Source of the DNA: Paramoeba atlantica | Lineage: Eukaryota; Protista; Discosea | Assembly: GCA_977017575.1 (NCBI GenBank) | Contig: CDRNVI010000067.1 | Location: 124,001-188,000 of the forward strand | DNA: 64,000 bases | Reading direction: 5' to 3' | In this document: positions 10,479-21,648 of the stretch, in pieces | Layout of the letters: each line of letters starts with the position of its first letter | Position numbering within the stretch: the stretch's first letter is position 1 | Position numbers and translations under genes: made by a program | The notes under the pieces: generated by a model | The model's input: only the letters and a program-made list of their open reading frames with translations | Told to the model about the DNA's origin: nothing | Database searches by the model: none

Positions 10479-13013
10479 ATGTCGCGTGCTGTCTCGTCTT
10501 CTTCCACCTCTACCATTCACCGGGTTGTTCGTTCCATCGTTCCACCCTCCGGATCCCGTTGGTATGACGCACTTCGTTGGATCCAAATGACTCAAAATCT
10601 AGGAGGGGTACCGAAGCCCTCGTGGGTACGTGACGCCCTAGTCGCGTGTGCCGGCAGCAACAAAACGACAGAGCTGACAGCACTGGTAAATGTACTCGAT
10701 ACGCTTTGCCCCGGAGTAGAAAAAAGCGAAAAAAATACGCAAAGTATGGACCAGGAGAATGTAGGACAACCCAAAGGGGAGAATGGTGAATGCTCAACAA
10801 GGTTTACCTCCCCCGAAACGACGCTCACGTCCGCTGTGGTTGCGGCGGCGATTCGAAATGTTTCCCATTCAACACATCTTTCCCGGCTGCTTCGTGTTCT
10901 CCCCCCGTCGCTTCGCTCGAAACCTCAAATCTTTCTCGCGCTCTCGGAGCGAAGTACGAACCCGGATGCTATACTCCGTGCGCTGCGGGAGTTAAGAGAA
11001 GCAGGCGAGAGCCCCCCGCCAGACTCGATTCCACGAATTTTGAATAAACTCCCGCCTAACTTATGGAGAGAGGCCGTGGAGGTAGTAAGGACAGCTTTGA
11101 GAAGAAGCGAGGCAAATGCACCGTCCTCTTCTTCGATTCCTTCCACTCTTCCATCCAATTGTTTTTTTCCCAACACTCCGCTTTCATTGGAATGTTTTGT
11201 AGTGTTACTGCGGCTAGCCGCTCGTGCAGGAGCGCTTTCTTTTGTAGAGAATCTCGGGAAGGATCTTTCTTTTGTCAACGGCACGGCTTCTTTATCCAGA
11301 AGTGAGCCAGAGGCTATACAGTTTCCCGAAGCATTCTTCTCTGATGCCACTCGAAGCTCCATTCGCACTTCCTTATGTGTGGCGAAGTTTACCCAAAAAG
11401 GATTAGCTCCGGAACGGAGTCCTACCCGACTGAACGTACGACGAATGGAGAAACACCGAGAGATGCGAGAAAAAGTCAATGCGGTGCTATCGCGAAACAA
11501 AACAACAGAAAGTAGCGCATCTCAAAGTACGGAAAATATGAATTCAAGAACAGACACCACTTTTTCTTCTCTTCCGAAAAAAGAGGAGAATACGAATGAA
11601 TTTACAGCGTCTGATGTAGAATCAGAATTTGAAACTGAACTCGCTCGAGCTCAAGAAAACGCCTCGCAAACCGTGGAGCAGCGTTACGATGCGGAGCGTC
11701 GTGAAGCCCAACGTATCCACCCTGCAGTTTCGGAACTCCAACAAATGGATCGGGAACACATCCCGCTGGACCCCTCTGGTCCGCATCAAATCATCCAGGC
11801 CCTGAGGGAGCAAGGGGACTGGCCGACGGGACTCTATCTCGTCGAGACCCGAGCGGAATTTCGTAACTCGCGCCAAGCGATTCAAGGCGTAATCCAGTCC
11901 ATGGCCCGGGAGCATCAGGCCACCGCATTGATCGATTTCACGGAAATTTTACAGCGTGAAGAGGCAGGCGGAGAAAAAGAGGCAATAAGTGAGGAAGAAA
12001 ACGCAGGAAGAGGAGGAAAACTTGAAAAGCAGGATAAAAGCAAAGGAAACGCCCCCCCTCCTCTCCGTCGTAGTCTTGCCCTTGTGTGCTCCATGTTGCA
12101 TGCACATTTAATGTGTAGTAATCTTCACGCCGCCTACGATATCTATTTTGAGTATATCCGACCCTTACTGTGTGCTTCCAATCAAGTTCAACCCGAAATC
12201 CGGGGGTGCTCAGCAACAGAGGAGGAAGCCGTAATGAATAGCAACTCGCCTCAACAAATCTTTCCCTCCAATTGGATGTGTTTCGGTCTCAGTCTCGCGG
12301 CCACCATTTTAATGAAGCAACACACCCAGGCGTTGGATATTGCCCATCACATTGCCCGTGTCGCTCTCCCTGCGGTCATCGAGGAGGCAAAAAAAGCAAA
12401 CGAACAAATTAACACAGAAAAAGGAAAGAGGGAAGGGCCGGATACGGAGAGCAGTCCCAACAAAAACGAAAATCCTCCGATTTCTTCTTCCAAACAAAAC
12501 GTTACGCCCTCAACAACCTTACCCGAAGAAGAGAATTTAGATTCCATCGACGGGACAACAATCGGAAACCAATACCTCCCAGGAGAAGCAGCGGAAGAAG
12601 AAGATTCTTCCTCCCTATCTTCACCTTCCCTATCTCCTGGATCCTATCCTAAAAAAGACGTGACCACGAGTGCCTTACTCGAGCGCTGTGGTCTCCCCGA
12701 TGTTTTGCTCTTCCCGGGCTCTGAGGAGAACGCTTTAAGGGACTCTTCTTCCCCTTCGAGGGCCTCTGCTCTCTCCCCCGAGCGGTTTCTGCATAACCTC
12801 TGCGCCACCTTCGCGCGTCACGTCCACCGGGACTGGATGAAGGCGCTGCGGGAGCTCGAGAGCGTGTTCCGGGAGGCGGGGCTGCGGATCCCGGACAGCG
12901 CCCGCGCCACGTTCCTGCAGATCAGCGCCAGCTTCTCCAACGAGTCCTACCATCAGAAGAATATCTTGGATCGGTTTCTGCAAGAGGAAACCGAGGGGAG
13001 AGAGAAAAGATGA
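10479..13013 (+). CDS. 844-aa helical-repeat (degenerate PPR-like) protein, possible mitochondrial presequence
   Basis: Long ORF with an R/S-rich, acid-free N-terminus. Helix-pair motifs include HQIIQALREQGDWPTGLYLVE and SMLHAHLMCSNLHAAYDIYFE. Confidence 0.75.
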   Translation: MSRAVSSSSTSTIHRVVRSIVPPSGSRWYDALRWIQMTQNLGGVPKPSWVRDALVACAGSNKTTELTALVNVLDTLCPGVEKSEKNTQSMDQENVGQPKGENGECSTRFTSPETTLTSAVVAAAIRNVSHSTHLSRLLRVLPPSLRSKPQIFLALSERSTNPDAILRALRELREAGESPPPDSIPRILNKLPPNLWREAVEVVRTALRRSEANAPSSSSIPSTLPSNCFFPNTPLSLECFVVLLRLAARAGALSFVENLGKDLSFVNGTASLSRSEPEAIQFPEAFFSDATRSSIRTSLCVAKFTQKGLAPERSPTRLNVRRMEKHREMREKVNAVLSRNKTTESSASQSTENMNSRTDTTFSSLPKKEENTNEFTASDVESEFETELARAQENASQTVEQRYDAERREAQRIHPAVSELQQMDREHIPLDPSGPHQIIQALREQGDWPTGLYLVETRAEFRNSRQAIQGVIQSMAREHQATALIDFTEILQREEAGGEKEAISEEENAGRGGKLEKQDKSKGNAPPPLRRSLALVCSMLHAHLMCSNLHAAYDIYFEYIRPLLCASNQVQPEIRGCSATEEEAVMNSNSPQQIFPSNWMCFGLSLAATILMKQHTQALDIAHHIARVALPAVIEEAKKANEQINTEKGKREGPDTESSPNKNENPPISSSKQNVTPSTTLPEEENLDSIDGTTIGNQYLPGEAAEEEDSSSLSSPSLSPGSYPKKDVTTSALLERCGLPDVLLFPGSEENALRDSSSPSRASALSPERFLHNLCATFARHVHRDWMKALRELESVFREAGLRIPDSARATFLQISASFSNESYHQKNILDRFLQEETEGREKR

Positions 13014-13322
13014 AGAAAAAGGGGAGGGCGTCTAAAAAATAAGAAGTCATAATTTTTTTTAGTATAAAGGTTGTAAAAAAAATCGGTAGTGTTTCCTCAT
13101 GAAAAAGAAAACGCGGACTTTGGTAAACGAAAAGCTCTTGCGCGAAATGAAATGTACGCGACAATCGGGAGGTATACTTGTGTAGCTACTGTATCATGTG
13201 GTACGTACAAAGGTGAAGCCTATTCTTTTAGTATTGATAGTTGGCTTTTTTTGCAAGACTTAGATAGCCACATACAGAGACACCTTTTGTTTATTCCGAT
13301 TTCTTTTTGCCACCTGACAAAA

Positions 13323-14045
13323 ATGTTTGAGTTCTGTGCATTAGCCTGTGCATTACGTGCAGCTGAGGAACAATCTATAAGTCGTCCTTGTGCAGCGAAG
13401 GTGAGCTCTATTACCGTGCCGCAAGAGTACGATTTAATAAGACTTATTCAAAATATGCAGGAAAGACCCCCTAGCTGGAACACCGACACACCTGCATGCG
13501 AGTGGGAAGGCGTTGAATGCGACGAGAAGAATCAAGTTAAAGAATTCAGTTGGTGTTTTGAAAACCTAGGATTCTTAGTTTGGAAATATTTGCCACAGAG
13601 TTAAGTTTCTTTTCGCATGCAACATGGCCATCTTCGCGGTGAACTTCCCTTGGAAGTGTTTCCTCCGAACCTAACGCAAATATATTTGTATGCGAATCAG
13701 TTAACCGGTCATCTTGACTTGCTCCAGCTCCCACCCATACTGGAGGTCTTGGATGTCGAAAAAAATCATTTCCATGGCACCGTCGATTTCTCATCACTTC
13801 CGACAACTTTGGAGGAACTAAAGCTGTCGAGCAACAGCGAACTCGAAGGTGCGTTTGATGTGGATATGCACAGCCCTGATTTGTATTACGACTTTCTGCA
13901 AACAAACATTACAGTCTCGGACGGATGTCGAATTCGAGAGCTCTACTTTGATGTGGATGAAGATGACGTTGATGAGTATGAAGATGAGGACGTTGATGAG
14001 GATGAAGATGAAGAGGACATGCATGTACATGATGATTTGGATTAG
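13323..14045 (+). pseudogene. LRR gene with internal TAA and acidic D/E tail (copy 1)
   Basis: YLPQS*VSFRMQHGHLRGELP aligns with YLPPNLESLEVMKAHLRGELP of the neighbouring paralog (TTA>TAA). Confidence 0.85.
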
Positions 14046-14239
14046 TCCTGTACGTACTTGATGTGTGCAATTAGATTGATTGTTCAATTGTATTCGATTG
14101 ATTGGCTGTGTAAATTGGAGGGGCGGGGGCCTTGTTTACTGTTAGATAAATGATTACTGTTAGATAAATGATACTGTTAGAGAAATGATTAGAAAAATAC
14201 TAATACTTCTCCGAATTTTCCTGTTAAAAGTTGATATTT

Positions 14240-14400
14240 GAGGGGCTGCGGGTGGCGTCCCGAGAAACCGCGGTATACGATCGGCCCCCCGAGGCCTGGT
14301 CCGATAGTAATGTATACCTAAAAAATCTTTGATTTTAGTATTCACGTATTCATGTAGTATAGTATTTAGTAGTATTTACGTATTCGCGTATAGTATTCAC
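14240..14400. mobile_element. Left end of a GAGGGGCTGCGGGT-family MITE (also at 19692 and 25143)
   Basis: Same TIR as 4368 and 40664, followed by gtattcacgt-type short repeats. Confidence 0.55.
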
Positions 14401-14620
14401 GGGGTTTTCAACATTTTTCCCGCCTCTATCACCAAAAACTTGGAACAAGTAATTTATGCGCTCTAAAGAATGCCAACCATCATCAAGGAATCACATGAAG
14501 CGTTTTTTGCGCTTTCATTCTTTTTGGCAACCTATGGAGACACGCGAATACAGCTGAATGTAGCAGCTGAATGAACCATTTAAAAAAGCCTCTTGATGGT
14601 AGGTTTTTGAATTTCGTGTA

Positions 14621-14876
14621 CTATGCCCCCCTGCTTATAAGTTCCCCCTACTCAGGTACGCTTATGAGTTCCTTTTTCTGGTGAATGCTTTTGTACCCAC
14701 ATTTTGCGAAGCCTTTTTTTACATGTGACAAAATGTCATAAATTTCTACTCTACGTCAGCCTGCTCTACAGGTTCGTTCACTGAGCGGATATTTGTTTTG
14801 GATCCAGTTATCATCTGGTATGCTTAAGAGTTCCTTTTTCTCAAAACCGGGGAACTCATAAGCAGGGGGGGTATAG
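14621..14876. mobile_element. 256-bp Tc1/pogo-type MITE with TA TSD (copy 1)
   Basis: TA|ctatgcccccctgcttataagttcccc ... ggggaactcataagcagggggggtatag|TA. Confidence 0.85.
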
Positions 14877-15079
14877 TATTTTGTTTTATTATTTTTACCC
14901 TTGCTTTCGTAAGCAGACCGATTTTTTTTTCATCACGCTTTTTTTCAGAATACTTTTTTTTATTTTTCTTAAAAGAAATTGCGCAAAAAAAAGCGGCAGA
15001 TAACTAGGTACAGTAGTTCCCTTGACCGAGCAATTTATTCAACACCTCTTCCAATTTCTTTACAGCGTTTCAAAGTTCA

Positions 15080-15703
15080 ATGACTTACTCCTTTTTAATG
15101 ATATGTCCGCTACGTGCATCGGATGTACACTCTTCAACGCATCCCCGGGCAGCGAAAATAAGGTCTGTTTCCGTACCGCAAGAATACAATTTGGCAAGAC
15201 TTGTTGAAAGCGCAGATAAAAAGCATCGTACCTGGGACACCAACACACCTGTCTGTGAGTGGTATGGCATTGAATGTTGTGAGAAGAAACGAGTTAAAGC
15301 TATAAGCTGGCGTTTTGCAGATTTAGGATCGTTAAATTGGAAATATTTGCCGCCAAATTTAGAGTCTCTAGAGGTGATGAAAGCCCATCTTCGTGGTGAA
15401 CTTCCACTAGAGATGTTTCCCCCATCTCTCGTATACATTTATCTGTATTACAATAAGTTAACAGGTAATCTCGTCCTTTTGCGACTTCCACCTTCATTGG
15501 AGGTTTTTGACGTTCAAAGCAATCAGTTTTTTGGCATCGTAGATTTTTCGTTACTTCCAACAGGTTTGTCCGAGCTGACGCTGTCTTGGAACAGTGACCT
15601 CAAAGGTGCGTTCGATGTGGGAATGTGCAGTCCGAATTTGAGCTACGACGTTCGGCGTACAAACATCACGGTATCGAATGGATGTTTATTTCGAGAGGTC
15701 TAG
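15080..15703 (+). CDS. LRR-family protein 207 aa (copy 1), truncated before a vestigial acidic tail
   Basis: Intact LRR core. The TAG aligns with TAC (Tyr) of the paralog, and the frame continues RDEDDECNDED... to TAA at 15805. Confidence 0.85.
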   Translation: MTYSFLMICPLRASDVHSSTHPRAAKIRSVSVPQEYNLARLVESADKKHRTWDTNTPVCEWYGIECCEKKRVKAISWRFADLGSLNWKYLPPNLESLEVMKAHLRGELPLEMFPPSLVYIYLYYNKLTGNLVLLRLPPSLEVFDVQSNQFFGIVDFSLLPTGLSELTLSWNSDLKGAFDVGMCSPNLSYDVRRTNITVSNGCLFREV

Positions 15704-16197
15704 CGTGATGAGGATGATGAGTGCAATGATGAGGATTCTTTCGAAAATGATTTTTTTCAGAATTCCGCCTCGCTTGTCGTTTGGCTTGTCGTTTGGCCGT
15801 ATTAATTCGACGAGTGTAAAATGGGCATAAAATGTGAAAGAAATTCTGGGTCAAGATGGGTGAGAATGCACCAAAATAGGGTAAAATAATTTTTTTTTGG
15901 TTTCTCTGTTTCGTTTGAAAGAAACGTTGGGCATATGTTACAGGCTTTAAAAAAGTATTTTTGACTCATTTTATTCATCTGGCATGCGTTTTACTTTAAT
16001 TGAGAGGGGGGGGGTATATAATGCTTCTGTTCTGAAATTCGCCCCCCCCGCCCTGATCAGTTCCACAGCGCTCTTTCGGGCCGACATGGGGGCTGCGTTG
16101 GCCTGGCAGCAACAAAACGACAGAGCTGACAGCACTGGTAAATGTACTCGATACGCTTTGCCCCGGAGTAGAAAAAAGCGAAAAAAATACGCAAAGT

Positions 16198-18465
16198 ATG
16201 GACCAGGAGAATGTAGGACAACCCAAAGGGGAGAATGGTGAATGCTCAACAAGGTTTACCTCCCCCGAAACGACGCTCACGTCCGCTGTGGTTGCGGCGG
16301 CGATTCGAAATGTTTCCCATTCAACACATCTTTCCCGCCTGCTTCGTGTTCTCCCCCCGTCGCTTCGCTCGAAACCTCAAATCTTTCTCGCGCTCTCGGA
16401 GCGAAGTACGAACCCGGATGCTATACTCCGTGCGCTGCGGGAGTTAAGAGAAGCAGGCGAGAGCCCCCCGCCAGACTCGATTCCACGAATTTTGAATAAA
16501 CTCCCGCCTAACTTATGGAGAGAGGCCGTGGAGGTAGTAAGGACAGCTTTGAGAAGAAGCGATGCAAATGCACCGTCCTCTTCTTCGATTCCTTCCACTC
16601 TTCCATCCAATTGTTTTTTTCCCAACACTCCGCTTTCATTGGAATGTTTTGTAGTGTTACTGCGGCTAGCCGCTCGTGAAGGAGCGCTTTCTTTTGTAGA
16701 GAATCTCGGGAAGGATCTTTCTTTTGTCAACGGCACGGCTTCTTTATCCAGAAGTGAGCCAGAGGCTATACAGTTTCCCGAAGCATTCTTCTCTGATGCC
16801 ACTCGAAGCTCCATTCGCACTTCCTTATGTGTGGCGAAGTTTACCCAAAAAGGATTAGCTCCGGAACGGAGTCCTACCCGACTGAACGTACGACGAATGG
16901 AGAAACACCGAGAGATGCGAGAAAAAGTCAATGCGGTGCTATCGCGAAACAAAACAACAGAAAGTAGCGCATCTCAAAGTACGGAAAATATGAATTCAAG
17001 AACAGACACCACTTTTTCTGCTCTTCCGAAAAAAGAGGAGAATACGAATGAATTTACAGCGTCTGATGTAGAATCAGAATTTGAAACTGAACTCGCTCGA
17101 GCTCAAGAAAACGCCTCGCAAACCGTGGAGCAGCGTTACGATGCGGAGCGTCGTGAAGCCCAACGTATCCACCCTGCAGTTTCGGAACTCCAACAAATGG
17201 ATCGGGAACACATCCCGCTGGACCCCTCTGGTCCGCATCAAATCATCCAGGCCCTGAGGGAGCAAGGGGACTGGCCGACGGGACTCTATCTCGTCGAGAC
17301 CCGAGCGGAATTTCGTAACTCGCGCCAAGCGATTCAAGGCGTAATCCAGTCCATGGCCCGGGAGCATCAGGCCACCGCATTGATCGATTTCACGGAAATT
17401 TTACAGCGTGAAGAGGCAGGCGGAGAAAAAGAGGCAATAAATGAGGAAGAAAACGCAGGAAGAGGAGGAAAACTTGAAAAGCAGGATAAAAGCAAAGGAA
17501 ACGCCCCCCCTCCTCTCCGTCGTAGTCTTGCCCTTGTGTGCTCCATGTTGCATGCACATTTAATGTGTAGTAATCTTCACGCCGCCTACGATATCTATTT
17601 TGAGTATATCCGACCCTTACTGTGTGCTTCCAATCAAGTTCAACCCGAAATCCGGGGGTGCTCAGCAACAGAGGAGGAAGCCGTAATGAATAGCAACTCG
17701 CCTCAACAAATCTTTCCCTCCAATTGGATGTGTTTCGGTCTCAGTCTCGCGGCCACCATTTTAATGAAGCAACACACCCAGGCGTTGGATATTGCCCATC
17801 ACATTGCCCGTGTCGCTCTCCCTGCGGTCATCGAGGAGGCAAAAAAAGCAAACGAACAAATTAACACAGAAAAAGGAAAGAGGGAAGGGCCGGATACGGA
17901 GAGCAGTCCCAACAAAAACGAAAATCCTCCGATTTCTTCTTCCAAACAAAACGTTACGCCCTCAACAACCTTACCCGAAGAAGAGAATTTAGATTCCATC
18001 GACGGGACAACAATCGGAAACCAATACCTCCCAGGAGAAGCAGCGGAAGAAGAAGATTCTTCCTCCCTATCTTCACCTTCCCTATCTCCTGGATCCTATC
18101 CTAAAAAAGACGTGACCACGAGTGCCTTACTCGAGCGCTGTGGTCTCCCCGATGTTTTGCTCTTCCCGGGCTCTGAGGAGAACGCTTTAAGGGACTCTTC
18201 TTCCCCTTCGAGGGCCTCTGCTCTCTCCCCCGAGCGGTTTCTGCATAACCTCTGCGCCACCTTCGCGCGTCACGTCCACCGGGACTGGATGAAGGCGCTG
18301 CGGGAGCTCGAGAGCGTGTTCCGGGAGGCGGGGCTGCGGATCCCGGACAGCGCCCGCGCCACGTTCCTGCAGATCAGCGCCAGCTTCTCCAACGAGTCCT
18401 ACCATCAGAAGAATATCTTGGATCGGTTTCTGCAAGAGGAAACCGAGGGGAGAGAGAAAAGATGA
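16198..18465 (+). CDS. N-terminally truncated copy 2 of the PPR-like gene (755 aa)
   Basis: Identical to 10479-13013 except for SNPs; the junction at 16105 removes the native start. Confidence 0.7.
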   Translation: MDQENVGQPKGENGECSTRFTSPETTLTSAVVAAAIRNVSHSTHLSRLLRVLPPSLRSKPQIFLALSERSTNPDAILRALRELREAGESPPPDSIPRILNKLPPNLWREAVEVVRTALRRSDANAPSSSSIPSTLPSNCFFPNTPLSLECFVVLLRLAAREGALSFVENLGKDLSFVNGTASLSRSEPEAIQFPEAFFSDATRSSIRTSLCVAKFTQKGLAPERSPTRLNVRRMEKHREMREKVNAVLSRNKTTESSASQSTENMNSRTDTTFSALPKKEENTNEFTASDVESEFETELARAQENASQTVEQRYDAERREAQRIHPAVSELQQMDREHIPLDPSGPHQIIQALREQGDWPTGLYLVETRAEFRNSRQAIQGVIQSMAREHQATALIDFTEILQREEAGGEKEAINEEENAGRGGKLEKQDKSKGNAPPPLRRSLALVCSMLHAHLMCSNLHAAYDIYFEYIRPLLCASNQVQPEIRGCSATEEEAVMNSNSPQQIFPSNWMCFGLSLAATILMKQHTQALDIAHHIARVALPAVIEEAKKANEQINTEKGKREGPDTESSPNKNENPPISSSKQNVTPSTTLPEEENLDSIDGTTIGNQYLPGEAAEEEDSSSLSSPSLSPGSYPKKDVTTSALLERCGLPDVLLFPGSEENALRDSSSPSRASALSPERFLHNLCATFARHVHRDWMKALRELESVFREAGLRIPDSARATFLQISASFSNESYHQKNILDRFLQEETEGREKR

Positions 18466-18774
18466 AGAAAAAGGGGAGGGCGTCTAAAAAATAAGAAGTC
18501 ATAATTTTTTTTAGTATAAAGGTTGTAAAAAAAATCGGTAGTGTTTCCTCATGAAAAAGAAAACGCGGACTTTGGTAAACGAAAAGCTCTTGCGCGAAAT
18601 GAAATGTACGCGACAATCGGGAGGTATACTTGTGTAGCTACTGTATCATGTGGTACGTACAAAGGTGAAGCCTATTCTTTTAGTATTGATAGTTGGCTTT
18701 TTTTGCAAGACTTAGATAGCCACATACAGAGACACCTTTTGTTTATTCCGATTTCTTTTTGCCACCTGACAAAA

Positions 18775-19497
18775 ATGTTTGAGTTCTGTGCATTAGCCTG
18801 TGCATTACGTGCAGCTGAGGAACAATCTATAAGTCGTCCTTGTGCAGCGAAGGTGAGCTCTATTACCGTGCCGCAAGAGTACGATTTAATAAGACTTATT
18901 CAAAATATGCAGGAAAGACCCCCTAGCTGGAACACCGACACACCTGCATGCGAGTGGGAAGGCGTTGAATGCGACGAGAAGAATCAAGTTAAAGAATTCA
19001 GTTGGTGTTTTGAAAACCTAGGATTCTTAGTTTGGAAATATTTGCCACAGAGTTAAGTTTCTTTTCGCATGCAACATGGCCATCTTCGCGGTGAACTTCC
19101 CTTGGAAGTGTTTCCTCCGAACCTAACGCAAATATATTTGTATGCGAATCAGTTAACCGGTCATCTTGACTTGCTCCAGCTCCCACCCATACTGGAGGTC
19201 TTGGATGTCGAAAAAAATCATTTCCATGGCACCGTCGATTTCTCATCACTTCCGACAACTTTGGAGGAACTAAAGCTGTCGAGCAACAGCGAACTCGAAG
19301 GTGCGTTTGATGTGGATATGCACAGCCCTGATTTGTATTACGACTTTCTGCAAACAAACATTACAGTCTCGGACGGATGTCGAATTCGAGAGCTCTACTT
19401 TGATGTGGATGAAGATGACGTTGATGAGTATGAAGATGAGGACGTTGATGAGGATGAAGATGAAGAGGACATGCATGTACATGATGATTTGGATTAG
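18775..19497 (+). pseudogene. LRR gene with internal TAA (copy 2)
   Basis: Identical to 13323-14045. Confidence 0.85.
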
Positions 19498-20072
19498 TCC
19501 TGTACGTACTTGATGTGTGCAATTAGATTGATTGTTCAATTGTATTCGATTGATTGGCTGTGTAAATTGGAGGGGCGGGGGCCTTGTTTACTGTTAGATA
19601 AATGATTACTGTTAGATAAATGATACTGTTAGAGAAATGATTAGAAAAATACTAATACTTCTCCGAATTTTCCTGTTAAAAGTTGATATTTGAGGGGCTG
19701 CGGGTGGCGTCCCGAGAAACCGCGGTATACGATCGGCCCCCCGAGGCCTGGTCCGATAGTAATGTATACCTAAAAAATCTTTGATTTTAGTATTCACGTA
19801 TTCATGTAGTATAGTATTTAGTAGTATTTACGTATTCGCGTATAGTATTCACGGGGTTTTCAACATTTTTCCCGCCTCTATCACCAAAAACTTGGAACAA
19901 GTAATTTATGCGCTCTAAAGAATGCCAACCATCATCAAGGAATCACATGAAGCGTTTTTTGCGCTTTCATTCTTTTTGGCAACCTATGGAGACACGCGAA
20001 TACAGCTGAATGTAGCAGCTGAATGAACCATTTAAAAAAGCCTCTTGATGGTAGGTTTTTGAATTTCGTGTA

Positions 20073-20328
20073 CTATGCCCCCCTGCTTATAAGTTCCCCC
20101 TACTCAGGTACGCTTATGAGTTCCTTTTTCTGGTGAATGCTTTTGTACCCACATTTTGCGAAGCCTTTTTTTACATGTGACAAAATGTCATAAATTTCTA
20201 CTCTACGTCAGCCTGCTCTACAGGTTCGTTCACTGAGCGGATATTTGTTTTGGATCCAGTTATCATCTGGTATGCTTAAGAGTTCCTTTTTCTCAAAACC
20301 GGGGAACTCATAAGCAGGGGGGGTATAG
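20073..20328. mobile_element. 256-bp MITE (copy 2)
   Basis: Part of the tandem unit. Confidence 0.85.
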
Positions 20329-20531
20329 TATTTTGTTTTATTATTTTTACCCTTGCTTTCGTAAGCAGACCGATTTTTTTTTCATCACGCTTTTTTTCAG
20401 AATACTTTTTTTTATTTTTCTTAAAAGAAATTGCGCAAAAAAAAGCGGCAGATAACTAGGTACAGTAGTTCCCTTGACCGAGCAATTTATTCAACACCTC
20501 TTCCAATTTCTTTACAGCGTTTCAAAGTTCA

Positions 20532-21155
20532 ATGACTTACTCCTTTTTAATGATATGTCCGCTACGTGCATCGGATGTACACTCTTCAACGCATCCCCGG
20601 GCAGCGAAAATAAGGTCTGTTTCCGTACCGCAAGAATACAATTTGGCAAGACTTGTTGAAAGCGCAGATAAAAAGCATCGTACCTGGGACACCAACACAC
20701 CTGTCTGTGAGTGGTATGGCATTGAATGTTGTGAGAAGAAACGAGTTAAAGCTATAAGCTGGCGTTTTGCAGATTTAGGATCGTTAAATTGGAAATATTT
20801 GCCGCCAAATTTAGAGTCTCTAGAGGTGATGAAAGCCCATCTTCGTGGTGAACTTCCACTAGAGATGTTTCCCCCATCTCTCGTATACATTTATCTGTAT
20901 TACAATAAGTTAACAGGTAATCTCGTCCTTTTGCGACTTCCACCTTCATTGGAGGTTTTTGACGTTCAAAGCAATCAGTTTTTTGGCATCGTAGATTTTT
21001 CGTTACTTCCAACAGGTTTGTCCGAGCTGACGCTGTCTTGGAACAGTGACCTCAAAGGTGCGTTCGATGTGGGAATGTGCAGTCCGAATTTGAGCTACGA
21101 CGTTCGGCGTACAAACATCACGGTATCGAATGGATGTTTATTTCGAGAGGTCTAG
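20532..21155 (+). CDS. LRR-family protein 207 aa (copy 2)
   Basis: Identical to 15080-15703. Confidence 0.85.
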   Translation: MTYSFLMICPLRASDVHSSTHPRAAKIRSVSVPQEYNLARLVESADKKHRTWDTNTPVCEWYGIECCEKKRVKAISWRFADLGSLNWKYLPPNLESLEVMKAHLRGELPLEMFPPSLVYIYLYYNKLTGNLVLLRLPPSLEVFDVQSNQFFGIVDFSLLPTGLSELTLSWNSDLKGAFDVGMCSPNLSYDVRRTNITVSNGCLFREV

Positions 21156-21648
21156 CGTGATGAGGATGATGAGTGCAATGATGAGGATTCTTTCGAAAAT
21201 GATTTTTTTCAGAATTCCGCCTCGCTTGTCGTTTGGCTTGTCGTTTGGCCGTATTAATTCGACGAGTGTAAAATGGGCATAAAATGTGAAAGAAATTCTG
21301 GGTCAAGATGGGTGAGAATGCACCAAAATAGGGTAAAATAATTTTTTTTTGGTTTCTCTGTTTCGTTTGAAAGAAACGTTGGGCATATGTTACAGGCTTT
21401 AAAAAAGTATTTTTGACTCATTTTATTCATCTGGCATGCGTTTTACTTTAATTGAGAGGGGGGGGTATATAATGCTTCTGTTCTGAAATTCGCCCCCCCC
21501 GCCCTGATCAGTTCCACAGCGCTCTTTCGGGCCGACATGGGGGCTGCGTTGGCCTGGCAGCAACAAAACGACAGAGCTGACAGCACTGGTAAATGTACTC
21601 GATACGCTTTGCCCCGGAGTAGAAAAAAGCGAAAAAAATACGCAAAGT

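Noticed and set aside
13590-13610. Stop-codon reassignment (Blastocrithidia-like code)
   Set aside because: Internal stops align with different residues (Leu, Tyr, Trp, Trp, Ser), each one substitution away, and TAA/TAG terminate intact genes.
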